A stretch of 64,000 bases of DNA from Mantamonas sphyraenae STR306 (Eukaryota > Protista > CRuMs), in NCBI GenBank assembly GCA_026936335.1, contig JAPMXV010000017.1:186001-250000 (forward strand). Direction: 5' to 3'. The notes under the pieces are model-generated. The model was not told the origin of the DNA, searched no databases, and was given only the letters and a program-made list of their open reading frames with translations. Below are positions 35,741 through 46,532 of the stretch, in pieces. Both the position numbers and the translations under genes were made by a program. Numbering within the stretch: position 1 is the first letter of the stretch; each line of letters begins with the position of its first letter.

Positions 35741-36304
35741 CTAATCGTCCAGGAAACGCGTGTCCACCTCGTCCTGCAACACCTTTTCACCGTCCCCCTT
35801 CAACCAACGGGGAAGCACGTGGTCGTAGTATCTGTAAACTTGCACGGAGAAGAGCACAAAGAGGAGAGCACGCGCCCACAGGTTTGATGTGATCACGAAA
35901 ACTGCAAACGGCTCACAGAAGCCTGGGCGAGGTTGAAAGTGCTGGTTTGAGCGAGATTCTGTTCCAACGGCCTCGATATGGAGGACACACGAGCCTTGAA
36001 GGACACGGCTACCGATGCGCTCACACACGAGCGTGGACTTTGTGACCAGCGGCCACTCTGTGTCCACGTGGCAGTTCAGGTGTTCGCATGTGACTGGAAC
36101 AGCAGATACACCATCTGGAACATTGAGATCGGCATGGGACCAGCACAGTTGGTTTCGTGTCCATTTTGACCCTGTGTGGGTGTGTCGGCCAAGTGCATCA
36201 CGAGGCACCGTCTCCAGCTCCCCACCAACAACAAAGAACACCCCGACCACCACAAACACGATGACCAGCACCACCAACATGGATCTGAGACATACTCTCA
36301 ACAT
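35741..36304 (-). CDS. Small secretory-pathway membrane protein, possibly SARAF/TMEM66-like
   Basis: Signal-like MLRVCLRSMLVVLVIVFVVVG, Cys pattern QLC...TC...LVCE...VLQGSCVL, then a hydrophobic segment. Confidence 0.45.
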   Translation of the reverse strand: MLRVCLRSMLVVLVIVFVVVGVFFVVGGELETVPRDALGRHTHTGSKWTRNQLCWSHADLNVPDGVSAVPVTCEHLNCHVDTEWPLVTKSTLVCERIGSRVLQGSCVLHIEAVGTESRSNQHFQPRPGFCEPFAVFVITSNLWARALLFVLFSVQVYRYYDHVLPRWLKGDGEKVLQDEVDTRFLDD

Positions 36305-38987
36305 GACCGCCACACTCAACAGTTGAGTGAGCGGCCGCACACCAAAACACAAAAAACCCCGTACCTCAGCAACATCATGTCTGGCAACAACCAAGGAGGC
36401 GATGGAGGTGGCAAAGGCAAACGTCGACGACGCCGGGGACGCAACAAGAAGCGCAACGACAGCTCGGGAGGCAGCAGCGTGGACTCGTCTGGAGCCTCCG
36501 CTTCGCCCGCCCAGAATAGGCGCAACAAGCCCATCAAGAGCGTGGATAGCAATCCGGATGAACAATCCACACCTGCACCTGCGCAGAATGCATGGGGCGT
36601 AAAGTCTGTGAGTGACGACGGGAGCGTGGGGCGGAGACAAAGGAGGAGCCGTTGACGATTTCCGCGCGCCGGAGAAAGCGATGGACGAGAGGTTTGGGAG
36701 CGTGTGGGGGCGGGGGGGAAACGGGTCACACGGAGCGAAGGACACACTGACACAGAAAGAGACCCACACACGGAGGATAGCAGAGGACAGGGGTGTGGGG
36801 AGACGACGAGGAAGGCGGTGGCGGAGGTGGAGCACAGGCTGGGTCGCCGGCGGGGTTCCCGTCGTTGGGCAAGGACAACAAGAACCTGGGACCGATTGGG
36901 CCGCGACCAGAGACGGCCAAAAGCGAAGAGGCAGATGGAGGAGGCGAGGATGAGGAGTTTCCGGATGTGAGTGTGGCAGCACATGTGCACGAGGTGAAGC
37001 ACGAGCGGCCGCACGGCATGCACACGGAACACTACCAGCACACGCACCAGCACGAGGAGCAGCACAGTAGCAGCGAAACACAGAGCACGAGCAGCGAGAC
37101 GACGACGACGACGACGACAAGCAACAGTCAGGAGAGCCATGGACAGCACGGACACGGACACGGACATCACGGACACGAGCACGCACGAGCACGGATTGTG
37201 GAGCTGGAGGAGAAAGTGGAGGAGCTGGAGAAGGAGGCAGCACGTGCAGCACGGCTGACGGAGACTGTGGATGTGCTGGAGAAGCGAGCACACGCAGCTG
37301 AAGAGGCAGTGAACGCAAGCAAGGACGCACAGAAGGAGGCTGTGGAGGCTGTGACGAAGGAATGGGAGACGAAGCTTGCAGAGGAAGTGGCAAAGCGCAA
37401 CGAAGCCACGACGGCACACCGGCGGGAGGTGGCTGGGCTGAAGGAGCAAGTGGCGACGCTTGAAGAGGCAGCGGAAGCAGCAGGCGACAAGGAAGCGGAG
37501 CAGGCAATGATCCGTCAACTGGAAGGGGAGGTTGCAGCAAAGCAAGCGATTGTGGACAAGCAAAAGGCACACTTGGACAAGGTGGGCGGCGACGTGGAAG
37601 GGACACTGCGGCAGTTGGAAGAGGCAAGGGCAGCAAGGCAGGAACTGGAAGCGACGCTGGCCAAGGTGGGAGACGTGGACGCAGTGCTGGAGGAGGTGGA
37701 GCAGCTGCGAAGCGACAAGCACGGGCTGGAAACGGAGCGAGACGGCTTGAAGAAACTGCTGGAGAGCCAGGAGGAGGTGGACGTGGCGGCGGTGGAAGAG
37801 AAGTGTCTTGCGCTGGAACGGGAAAAGGGACAACTGGAGGACAAGGTGGAGCGACTGGAAGCCGAGGTGGCACGACGCACAGAGGCGTATGAGCCGCTGA
37901 AGGAACAGTACGGAGAGCTGAAGGAGAAGCGAAAGGCGCTGGAAACGGAGCTGGCTGAGGAGCGAGCACGCAGTGCAGCACTTGAGAAGAAGGTGGCGGA
38001 GGCCGAAGCAGCAGCAGCAGCAGCAGCAGCCTCGTCGAGCAAGGGAGGAGCAAAGGATGAGAACGAGTCGCTGAAGCCGACTGTTGTGCGGGAGGTGGAA
38101 GCCGGAGCACGGGAGCGGGCAAACACGGCGTTCAAGGCTGAGCGAGCGTCGCTGGAAGCACGCATCAAGGAACTGGAAAAGGAGAACAAGGCACTGGCGC
38201 AGCAGCAGCAGCAACAACAGCAGCAGGGTGGCATGGCAAGGGCAAGAAGAAGGGTGGGTCGAACAAGCAGCAGGAGAAGCAAGCGGCGGCCGCGATGGAG
38301 AAGTTGGAGCAGAAGAACGCAGCGCTGGAGGAGCAGGTGAGGACGTTGCAAGAGGCAGCAGCCACGGCAGCAGCAGCGGCAGCCGAGACAGAGGGCAACA
38401 CGAAGAAGAAGGAGGAGGAGGGCCAGAAGGAGGTGGCTGCGTGGAAGGCCAAGTACGCGGAGCTGGAAAAGCGGTTTGCAGAGATGGAAACGAGCATTCT
38501 GAACAGCAGCAGTGTGACAAACTCGGAGGACACGACAGTGATGCTGGATGCAAGTGCGCTGTCGAACCTGGGCGATGAGTCGCTGGTTGCGTTGAGCAAG
38601 GAGATCAACGGAAGCAAAGATCCAAAGGCACGGCTGCTGGGCAAGTTGTGCAAGGACAAGGTGAACCTGAAGGAGCAACTGAAGGAGAAGGAGCTGGAGA
38701 TTGCGGATGCTGAGCGGGAGATTGCCCGTCTGCAGAGCCTGCATGGGGTGGAAGGACATGGCGAAGGCAAGGTGGGTGCAGGAAAGGGGCGAGTGAGCAA
38801 CAAGGACGGCGGTGATGATGATGATGAGGATGAGGAGGACGTGGTGGATGACGACGGAAGTGTGGCGGCAGGGAAGAAGGAGGGCGGCGGATGGAAGCGA
38901 GGGGCGATGCTGCATGGACCGGGGATTGCCTTGGGTCTGGTGGTGGGTGCGTTGGTGATGAAGGAGAGTGCCGTGAACCAATAGACG
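36240..38987. repeat. Right arm of the inverted duplication (partner 30581-33351)
   Basis: Reverse complement of the left arm with small indels and substitutions. Confidence 0.95.
36377..38984 (+). CDS. Coiled-coil tail-anchored protein, copy B (1-nt deletion at about 38233 relative to copy A)
   Basis: ORFs 36176..36655, 36793..38340 and 38295..38984 match copy A; ggcatggc here versus ggcagtggc in copy A. Confidence 0.7.
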
Positions 38988-39050
38988 GGATGATTGTCAA
39001 GCTTGCCCGCTCGGTCAGCCAAACCAACCGCACGTTTCCAAGCTTTCCCA

Positions 39051-39944
39051 ATGAGCATTCGACGTTCGATGATGTACATTCCGTCCGCACGTGAGCGGAT
39101 GCTGACAAAGGCGGTGGGCCTGAAGGCAGACACGGTGTGCCTGGATTTGGAAGACGGGATTGCCCAGAGCGAGTTGTCGACTGCTCGCGAGGCAATTGCC
39201 AACGCGCTGAACGCCAAGGCGACGTCAGAGTGGACACCGCGTGAAGTGCTGTTCCGCGTGCATGCGCGTAGCACAGGGCTGATGGAGGATGACATGAAGG
39301 CGGTGTTGTCGAGGTGTGAAAACCTGCCGGACGGCCTCGTGCTCCCCAAGGTGGAGTGTGGCGATGACGTGGTGCATGCGCTCGACGTCATGCGCGACTT
39401 GGTGGGCGAGGATGCCGTGAGTGGCATGAGCATGCTCGCACAGATTGAGACGGCGGAGGGCGTGCTGAAGTGCACGGAGATCACACGCGCGGCTCCGCAG
39501 GTCCAGGGACTTATCTTTGGTGCGGAAGACTTTTGTGCGGACATAGAAGCAACACGTAGCGCTAGTGCGTCGGAGATGATGCTCGCACGTCAGACCGTTG
39601 TGCTGAACGCCAGGGCCGTCGGGATCGACGCCATCGATCTGGTGTGCCAGCATTTCCACAAGGACAACCAGCACATTCTGCGACAGGAGTGTGTTGAGGG
39701 CTTCCAGATGGGCATGAGTGGCAAGCAGGTGATTCATCCGTCGCAGCTGCCGATCGTGCACGAGTGTTTCGCACCTGCCGCGGCTCAGGTGGAGTTTGCA
39801 GAGCGCATTCTGGAACAGGAACTGGAGACAGGACTGGGTGCATTCGAAGTGGATGGCAAAATGATCGACATGCCCATGATTGTGTGGGCACGCAAGGTGA
39901 TGAGCCGCCACGAAGCCTGCCTGGAAGACGAGACGTCGATGTGA
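39051..39944 (+). CDS. CLYBL: CitE/CLYBL-family CoA-ester lyase (HpcH/HpaI fold)
   Basis: RRSMMYIP, DTVCLDLEDGIA, LVLPKVE, AQIETAEG, LIFGAEDF, GKQVIHPSQ and DGKMIDMP. Confidence 0.85.
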   Translation: MSIRRSMMYIPSARERMLTKAVGLKADTVCLDLEDGIAQSELSTAREAIANALNAKATSEWTPREVLFRVHARSTGLMEDDMKAVLSRCENLPDGLVLPKVECGDDVVHALDVMRDLVGEDAVSGMSMLAQIETAEGVLKCTEITRAAPQVQGLIFGAEDFCADIEATRSASASEMMLARQTVVLNARAVGIDAIDLVCQHFHKDNQHILRQECVEGFQMGMSGKQVIHPSQLPIVHECFAPAAAQVEFAERILEQELETGLGAFEVDGKMIDMPMIVWARKVMSRHEACLEDETSM

Positions 39945-40054
39945 CACCACAAACAATCAAACGATACTCAGAGGCGGCATTCGGATGCAAGGGATGGCGT
40001 GTGGCAGCTCACAACGTCATGCGCTGACGCTGGCAGCAAAAAAATTGGCAGAGC

Positions 40055-43000
40055 ATGTCGGGGAAGCGCAAGCGTGGGCCGCAGGGGAGTGCACCGGCAG
40101 CGAAACGGCAGCATGTGTCGTTGAAAGACCATAAAAAGTCGCGGGAGCGTTTGATTCGCTTGGACGAAGACGAGGGATTGGAGAGGCCGAGCATGCAGGT
40201 TGTGAATCCGGCTGTGCTGAGCGACGAACTGCAAAGTGCGCTGGGCGGGAATGGATACGGGGACGGAGACGGAGCCAATGCATTGGTGATGCAGGGCAAC
40301 CGGACGGCGATCAGCGAGGCACGAAAGGGCGGGAAGAAAGTGCGGGTGACGGCGGCGGAGATTCACAAGGCACGTGCTCTGAAGCGAGCCAAGCAGCGCA
40401 AGGCTGAGGTGTACGAGCAGAAAAAGGAAAAGATTCGACGACGTGACGGCCTAATCCAGTCGATCAAGTGAGTGGAGAGAGGACAGGGGTGGGCCCAGGA
40501 GACATGCATGGAAACGGATTTTGCACACGCAGGGGACTGACACGGGGCCGCACAGGGAGCACACGCTGAGCAACGACCAACTCCAGCTGCTGGAGTCGAG
40601 TCGAAACCTGGGGCGCAGCGAAACAATGCGGGAGAAGCTGAAACGAGCTCTGAACGAGCGCAAGGCCGGCCTGCAGAGCAGCGCGGACGTGCAGCTGCTC
40701 AAGGAGCGCACAATCCAAGAGTACAACGAGTGGGTGCACAGCGCAGACGAAACAGGAGACGGCATGAACACGGACATGGTTGCGTCGATCAAGGCTGTCG
40801 AGGACAAGGTGCGTGCGCCGGCAACGGAGGACGAGGAAGCACGCGCAGCCAGACGGGCTCGCAGGAAGCGACAGAAGGAGCGTGCGCGCAAACGCAAAGC
40901 CACTGTCAACAAAACCGGAGTGAGCTTCTCATTTGGGTGGAAGGCCAAGAAGAAGGACAGCGAGGACAGCGATGAAAGCGACTCGGAACTGAGTAGCAGC
41001 GACGAAAGCGAGGCCAGCAACGACTCGGAGGCAGATGAGGGGACGTCGAGCACACGGGCACAGAAGAAAGCAGACAATGAGGAGGAGGAGGATGACGAAG
41101 AAGACACGGAGAAGGCTCGGGCACGCAAGGAAAGTGCGGCGCAGCCGTCGTTCATGCGCAAGAAGGGAGTGGCTTTGACACCCGACGAGCCAGGGTACGT
41201 GGCTCAGTCGTGGATGGAAACGGAAGAGGCGAAGAAACGGGAGGATGAGGACAAGAGCAAGGTGGAGGGCAAAAAGGCGTCCTACGTTCTGATCAACAGG
41301 ACGGCGGAAGTGGAGGCACAGAGGTCGCAGTTGCCCATCATCGGGGAGGAACAACGCATTATGGAGACCCTGACGGAAGAGGATGCAGTGATTGTGGTTG
41401 GAGAGACCGGAAGCGGCAAGACGACGCAGATGCCGCAGATGCTTGTCGAGAACGGCTACTTGGATCAGGGCAAGCTGATCATCACGCAGCCACGACGAGT
41501 GGCAGCCATGAGCACTGCCCGGCGTGTGGCGCACGAGATGAACAGCAAGCTTGGCAAGCTGGTGGGATACCAGGTGCGGTTCGACAGCAAAACAAGCAGC
41601 GAGACGCAAGTGAGTTTCGTGACGGACGGTGTGTTGTTGCGGTTGATCCAACAGGATTTCCTGCTGGCAGACTACTCGGTGGTGCTGCTGGACGAGGCGC
41701 ACGAACGAGGCATCAACACAGACATCCTGATTGGCCTGCTGTCGCGGTCGGTAAAGGCGAGGCGCAAACTGGCTGACGAGGGCAAGACTTATGCGGGCAC
41801 GGAGACGGTCGTGCAGCCATTGAAGCTGGTGATTATGAGTGCCACTCTTCAGATCAGCGACTTTACAGAGAACACAACGTTGTTTCCGCAGCCGCCACCG
41901 GTGCTGCAGATTGAAGCTCGTCAGTACCCGGTGAGCATCCATTACGCGCGGCACACGCGTGAGGATTACTGCAAGGAGGCCATTGAAAAGGTGGCAAAGA
42001 TCCACAGGCGGCTGCCCCCTGGCGCGGTGCTCGTGTTTTTGCCCTCGCAGGACGACATTGAGCACGTGGTGCGCACATTGGCCCACATGTTTCCTGGTCG
42101 TGACGAAGAGGCACACGAGGGCGAGCACGTGGACGTACAAGAAGACGAAGCCGACTTTGCACTAGATGCAGTGCGGGAGGGCGAGGAAGGGGAGGAGGAA
42201 GAAGAAGATGACGAGGAGGATGGGATGGTGGAGGACGATGGAGAGGAGGGGGAGGAGCGCGTGGAAGTGGACACAAGTGTGCCTGCACTCCACGTGCTGC
42301 CGCTGTTTTCCATGCTGGCGCCCGCACGACAGGAAGAGGTGTTTGCTGAGCCGCCGGCGGGCAAGCGGCTGGTGGTGGTGTCGACCAACGTGGCAGAGAC
42401 GTCGCTGACCATTCCGGGAATTCGGTATGTTGTGGACAGCGGCAAGGTGAAGGAGCGTAGCTACGACCAGGGCACAGGGATCAACAAGTTTGTGGTGAAT
42501 TGGATTTCGCAGGCGTCGGCGAAGCAACGTGCAGGACGTGCGGGACGCACGGGGCCAGGGCACGCGTATGCACTGTACAGTGCCGCTGTGGCACATGAAG
42601 AGATGGTGGAGCACCGTGCAGCGGAGATCCTGCGCATGCCCATCGAAAGTATTGTGCTCCAGATGAAACTGATGGGCATCGACCGCGTGCGCGAGTTTCC
42701 GTTTCCCACGCCTCCAAACGAGCGAGCGTTGGACACGTCTGTGCGTCTGTTGACCAACCTGGGCGCATTGGACGCCGACAGCGAGGAGCTGACGGCGACG
42801 GGCAAGGCGATGGCAAAGTATCCGGTCAGCCCGCGGTTTGCCAAGATGCTCATGTTGTCTGCGCAGCACAAGTGTGAACAGTACGTGGTGGCCATGGTGG
42901 CCGCGTTGACCGTGGGTTCACCAATCATCCATGCGGCGACGGCAAGGGAAAGCGACGTGTTCCAGTCTTCGGCGAGTCAGGGCGACGAAGGAAGCATGTC

Positions 43001-43997
43001 GCGAGGGGCAATCCACAAAGAGAACGAACAGTGGCTCCACGGCAAATCGGACCTGCTGGGCATGTTGCGTGCCATCGGAGCTGCGTCGTACTCTTCGGAT
43101 TCGTTGGAGGAGTTTTGCCAAAATCACTTTTTGCGGCTGAAGGCCATGCGCGAGATCCAAATGCTGCGTGGACAGCTGGTACGCATTCTGAACGAGGAGT
43201 TGGGTGGCGAGCGACTGATCGACACGAGCATGAAGATGAAGCCGCCGAGCAAGCGAGAGGAAATTGTGCTGCGGCAGATTCTGCTGGCCGGGTTCATCGA
43301 CCACGTTGCCAGACGTGTGCGTCGCCCAGAAGAGGCCGTGCACAGGCCACACTTGCACCCGTACCGAAGTGCAGGAAGCAACACATCTGTGTATCTGCAC
43401 GTGAACAGCAGCTGCGTGATCGAGGAGCCGCGGTGGGTGGTTTATCACGAGCTGGTGGAGACGTCGCGTCCATACATGCACGGCAACACAGTCATTGAGC
43501 CCGAGTGGATCGGAGCAATCGCCCCGGCCACGCTGTGTCGACACTCGCGTGTGTTGGACGACCCGGCGCCACGGTGGGAGGAGGAAGCAGACGCAGTGGT
43601 CGGTTTCGTGCAACCGTCGTTTGGCCTGCACGGGTGGAAGTTGCCGCTGCAGCAGGTGAATGTGCCAGACGAAGGTGAACGGTACAGTGCGTTTGCTCTG
43701 GCGTTGCTGCGTGGGCGAGTGCTTCCCAAGCTCAAGGGATTCTGCCGACATGCCAACTTGAGCACAAGCAGCATGTCCATGATGAAACTGGTGGCGGAGC
43801 TTTCGCGACATAAGGTGGACTCGCGTGCCAAGTTGCTGGCCCTGTGGGACGGCATGTGGTTGCGCAAGGAGATGGCGCCGTTCATTGGCCGTGAGCACCA
43901 CGCCGCCATGGTTGACCAGTGGGCGGACATGGCCAAAGTGGGCAAGAGCAAGAGCGCGAAGAACAAGGGAAAAGCAAAGGCAAAGAGCAAGCGATAA
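40055..43997 (+). CDS. DHX37: DEAH-box RNA helicase DHX37/DHR1 (intron about 40468-40555)
   Basis: GETGSGKTTQ, TQPRRVAAMS, LDEAHERGINTDILIGLLSR, STNVAETSLTIPG, QRAGRAGRTGPGH and FPFPTPP. Confidence 0.92.
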
Positions 43998-44009
43998 AGG
44001 GTGGGTGGG

Positions 44010-46303
44010 TCATTCTTCTTCCTCGCCTGCAGCCCTGTGTGATCGCCAGGCAGCCTGGATGCGCTGCGCCGCTTGCCGTTTCCTCTTGGCACTGAGATGA
44101 CGGATAAAAGCGTTTTCGATGCGATTGACCGCGCGTTTGCTCTTGCGAAGGGGTTTGTCGCGTCTCTTGCGGAAGGACTGCTGGATGGAAAGGGCGGCAG
44201 CAACAAGCCGGCCTTCCTCGTCGCTGTCGCTGTCTTGATCGTCGTCGTCGTCGTCGTCGTCATTGTTGACCACAATGATCACGCTACTCTCTGCCACGCG
44301 GCCTTCGAGGGAGGCGTTGACCTGGGAGGCGTGCACCCCGAGCATCTCGAGCTCCTGGGACTGATCGCCGCCCGTGTGCATGGTTGTGGTGAGGCGTCGG
44401 CCAGCGCGGAAACGTTCCTGGATGACGCGTGCGGCTTCATCAAACCGAGGAGGCCAGGTCATTCCCTGTGCGTGGCTGTGGTGTGTTTGCTGCTGCTCGT
44501 GTTGAGTCTGGTGTGCCTGGTGCATGGTGGATGTGTCGAGTTGCTGCGTCTGCTGCTCCTTGGCAAGCAGGAGCATCCCAATGAGGTCATGGCCTCGCTG
44601 AATAGCCAGTTGCGATGGCGTGGATCCGTTGTGGTCGCGAGCGTGCACATCGGTGGCCTCGTGGGCAAGCAGCAGCTCCAAACAGGCGCTGCCACCCGTT
44701 CCAGCGGCCCAATGCAGCGCTGTACGGCCTGCATGGTCGGCTGCGTCTGGACGCGCCTCTTTTGAGAGCAGGAGTGAGACGAGGCGCGGGCTATTGAGAG
44801 CCGTGGCCATGTGGAGCAGGGTCATGCCGGAGCGAGGGTGGCGTACGTCGACAGTGGCGCCGACAGCAAGCAGTTGCGTCAACACACGTGCCATGGCCAT
44901 GGTGACGATGTTTGTGGCTGTGTTTGTGTCGTTCTGTGCGTTTGCGTCGGCCAGGCGTTGGAGTAGCGGGCGCAACACGCCGCCGTGGCGATCGGAAAGA
45001 GAGCCGTAGGCATGCAAGCCCGGGTTGCTCTGTTGCAACGATCGCTCCATGGAACCCAGACTCTGGAGCATCATCATGCGCATGGAATGGTCGTCAATGT
45101 CCAACCAGTCTTCGTCTGCGCCTGGGGTCAGAGTGCCAGCAGAAGCGAGGCCCGAGTCGTCGCCCTTGGCCTGGCGATACTCAAAGGGCACGGCGTTGCT
45201 GACCACGTTGCCCTCGCTGTCACACAGCTGGATATTTACAAAACCCGGGTCATGGCAGGGGACGTAGCAGCGGATGACGCCCGGCTGCACCACGGTACAG
45301 CGGACGGTGGTCTCGGGCTCCCCAAACATGGCAAACACCACTTCGCCATCGTCCTCAATGCCCTTTCCCGTCAAAAGCATTTTGGCACCGCCGTACTGCG
45401 AGTCCCACTCGGGGGCAATGTCGAGCAGGTGGATGAGGGGCAGGTTGTCCGCGTCTGTGTTGTGGTCTGTGTGGTCGTTGTCCTCGTCGTTCTGAGGACT
45501 CATTGTGGCTGTGCTGTTGGACGACGAGCCCACCTCTGTGTCCATGTCGTGTGTGTCCATGCCTGTGTCCGAGTGGCCGCTGCCGACGTCGAGGTCCAGG
45601 TCGAGGTCCAGGCCCAGGGCCAAGCTGTCGAGCGACGAACTTGGCTGCTTCTGCTGCAGCAACTCCTGCCTGGCGTAGTACTCTGCTTCTTCCTGTGCAC
45701 GCTTGATTTGCAGATACTGCACAAGAACCACCTCTGTGTTGTCGATGAGCCACCAGGCGCGTCTGTGTCGGCGGCGCGGGTTAGCAAAACGCAGGCAGCG
45801 GGTGCCGCGTGGCAGACGCGGCGACGACGCGGCACGACAGCTGCAACACGCGGCCAGCAACACACACACACACGAACACGCTCACCGGGGCAATCTCACC
45901 TTTGGAAGTTGGGGTCATCTGTGGCACTGACATACACAGCTGTAAGGGCTGGCGTGCCGTGGACCTTGAGCTTCTCGTGGCTCTCGCGCAGGCGTTTGCC
46001 GTCTTTGCGTTTGCGCCAGTTCCAGCCGTCGTTGCGCCAGTGCGGCACATTGGTTTTCAAATACAAATACAAAGCGCCCGCTGTGGATGGTGGGTGGGTA
46101 TGCCGAGCAACGCGGGTGTCAGCGGCATCTGGGATGTGGCAAGAGCGAGTGAATGGAGACACGCCTCTAGATGCCGTACAGGAGGGTTTGTAGGCTGGCT
46201 GGCTGCTGGGAATCATGCCGTAGCCAGCCCAGTTGTGCAACACATCGTAGATTTCGGTGGTGGTGAGGAAGCGGGACGATGATACCCGGTGGACAGAGGA
46301 CAT
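44010..46303 (-). CDS. CAMTA: CAMTA-like transcription factor (CG-1, IPT/TIG, ankyrin, IQ); intron about 45780-45899
   Basis: WRNDGWNWRKRKDGKRLRESHEKLKV, DIAPEWD..GGAKMLLTG, QPGVIRCYVPCHDPG, ankyrin repeats and IQ motifs (AAQRIQAAWR). Confidence 0.92.
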
Positions 46304-46346
46304 CGGGTGTCGGGGACGGGTTGGCTGCGACGTCGCCGCCAACACG

Positions 46347-46494
46347 ATGTCCACACGCTTTGGCAGGAAGAAGAAGGACGACGGGGACGACAAGCCATCG
46401 TCCCTGGCTTCCAAGACCAGCTCAACGCGCAAGTCGTCGTGGTCATCGCGCAAAACGAGCGGCGAAACGGAAGGCAAGAGCGACAGCGGCGCGG

Positions 46495-46532
<38 letters not shown>

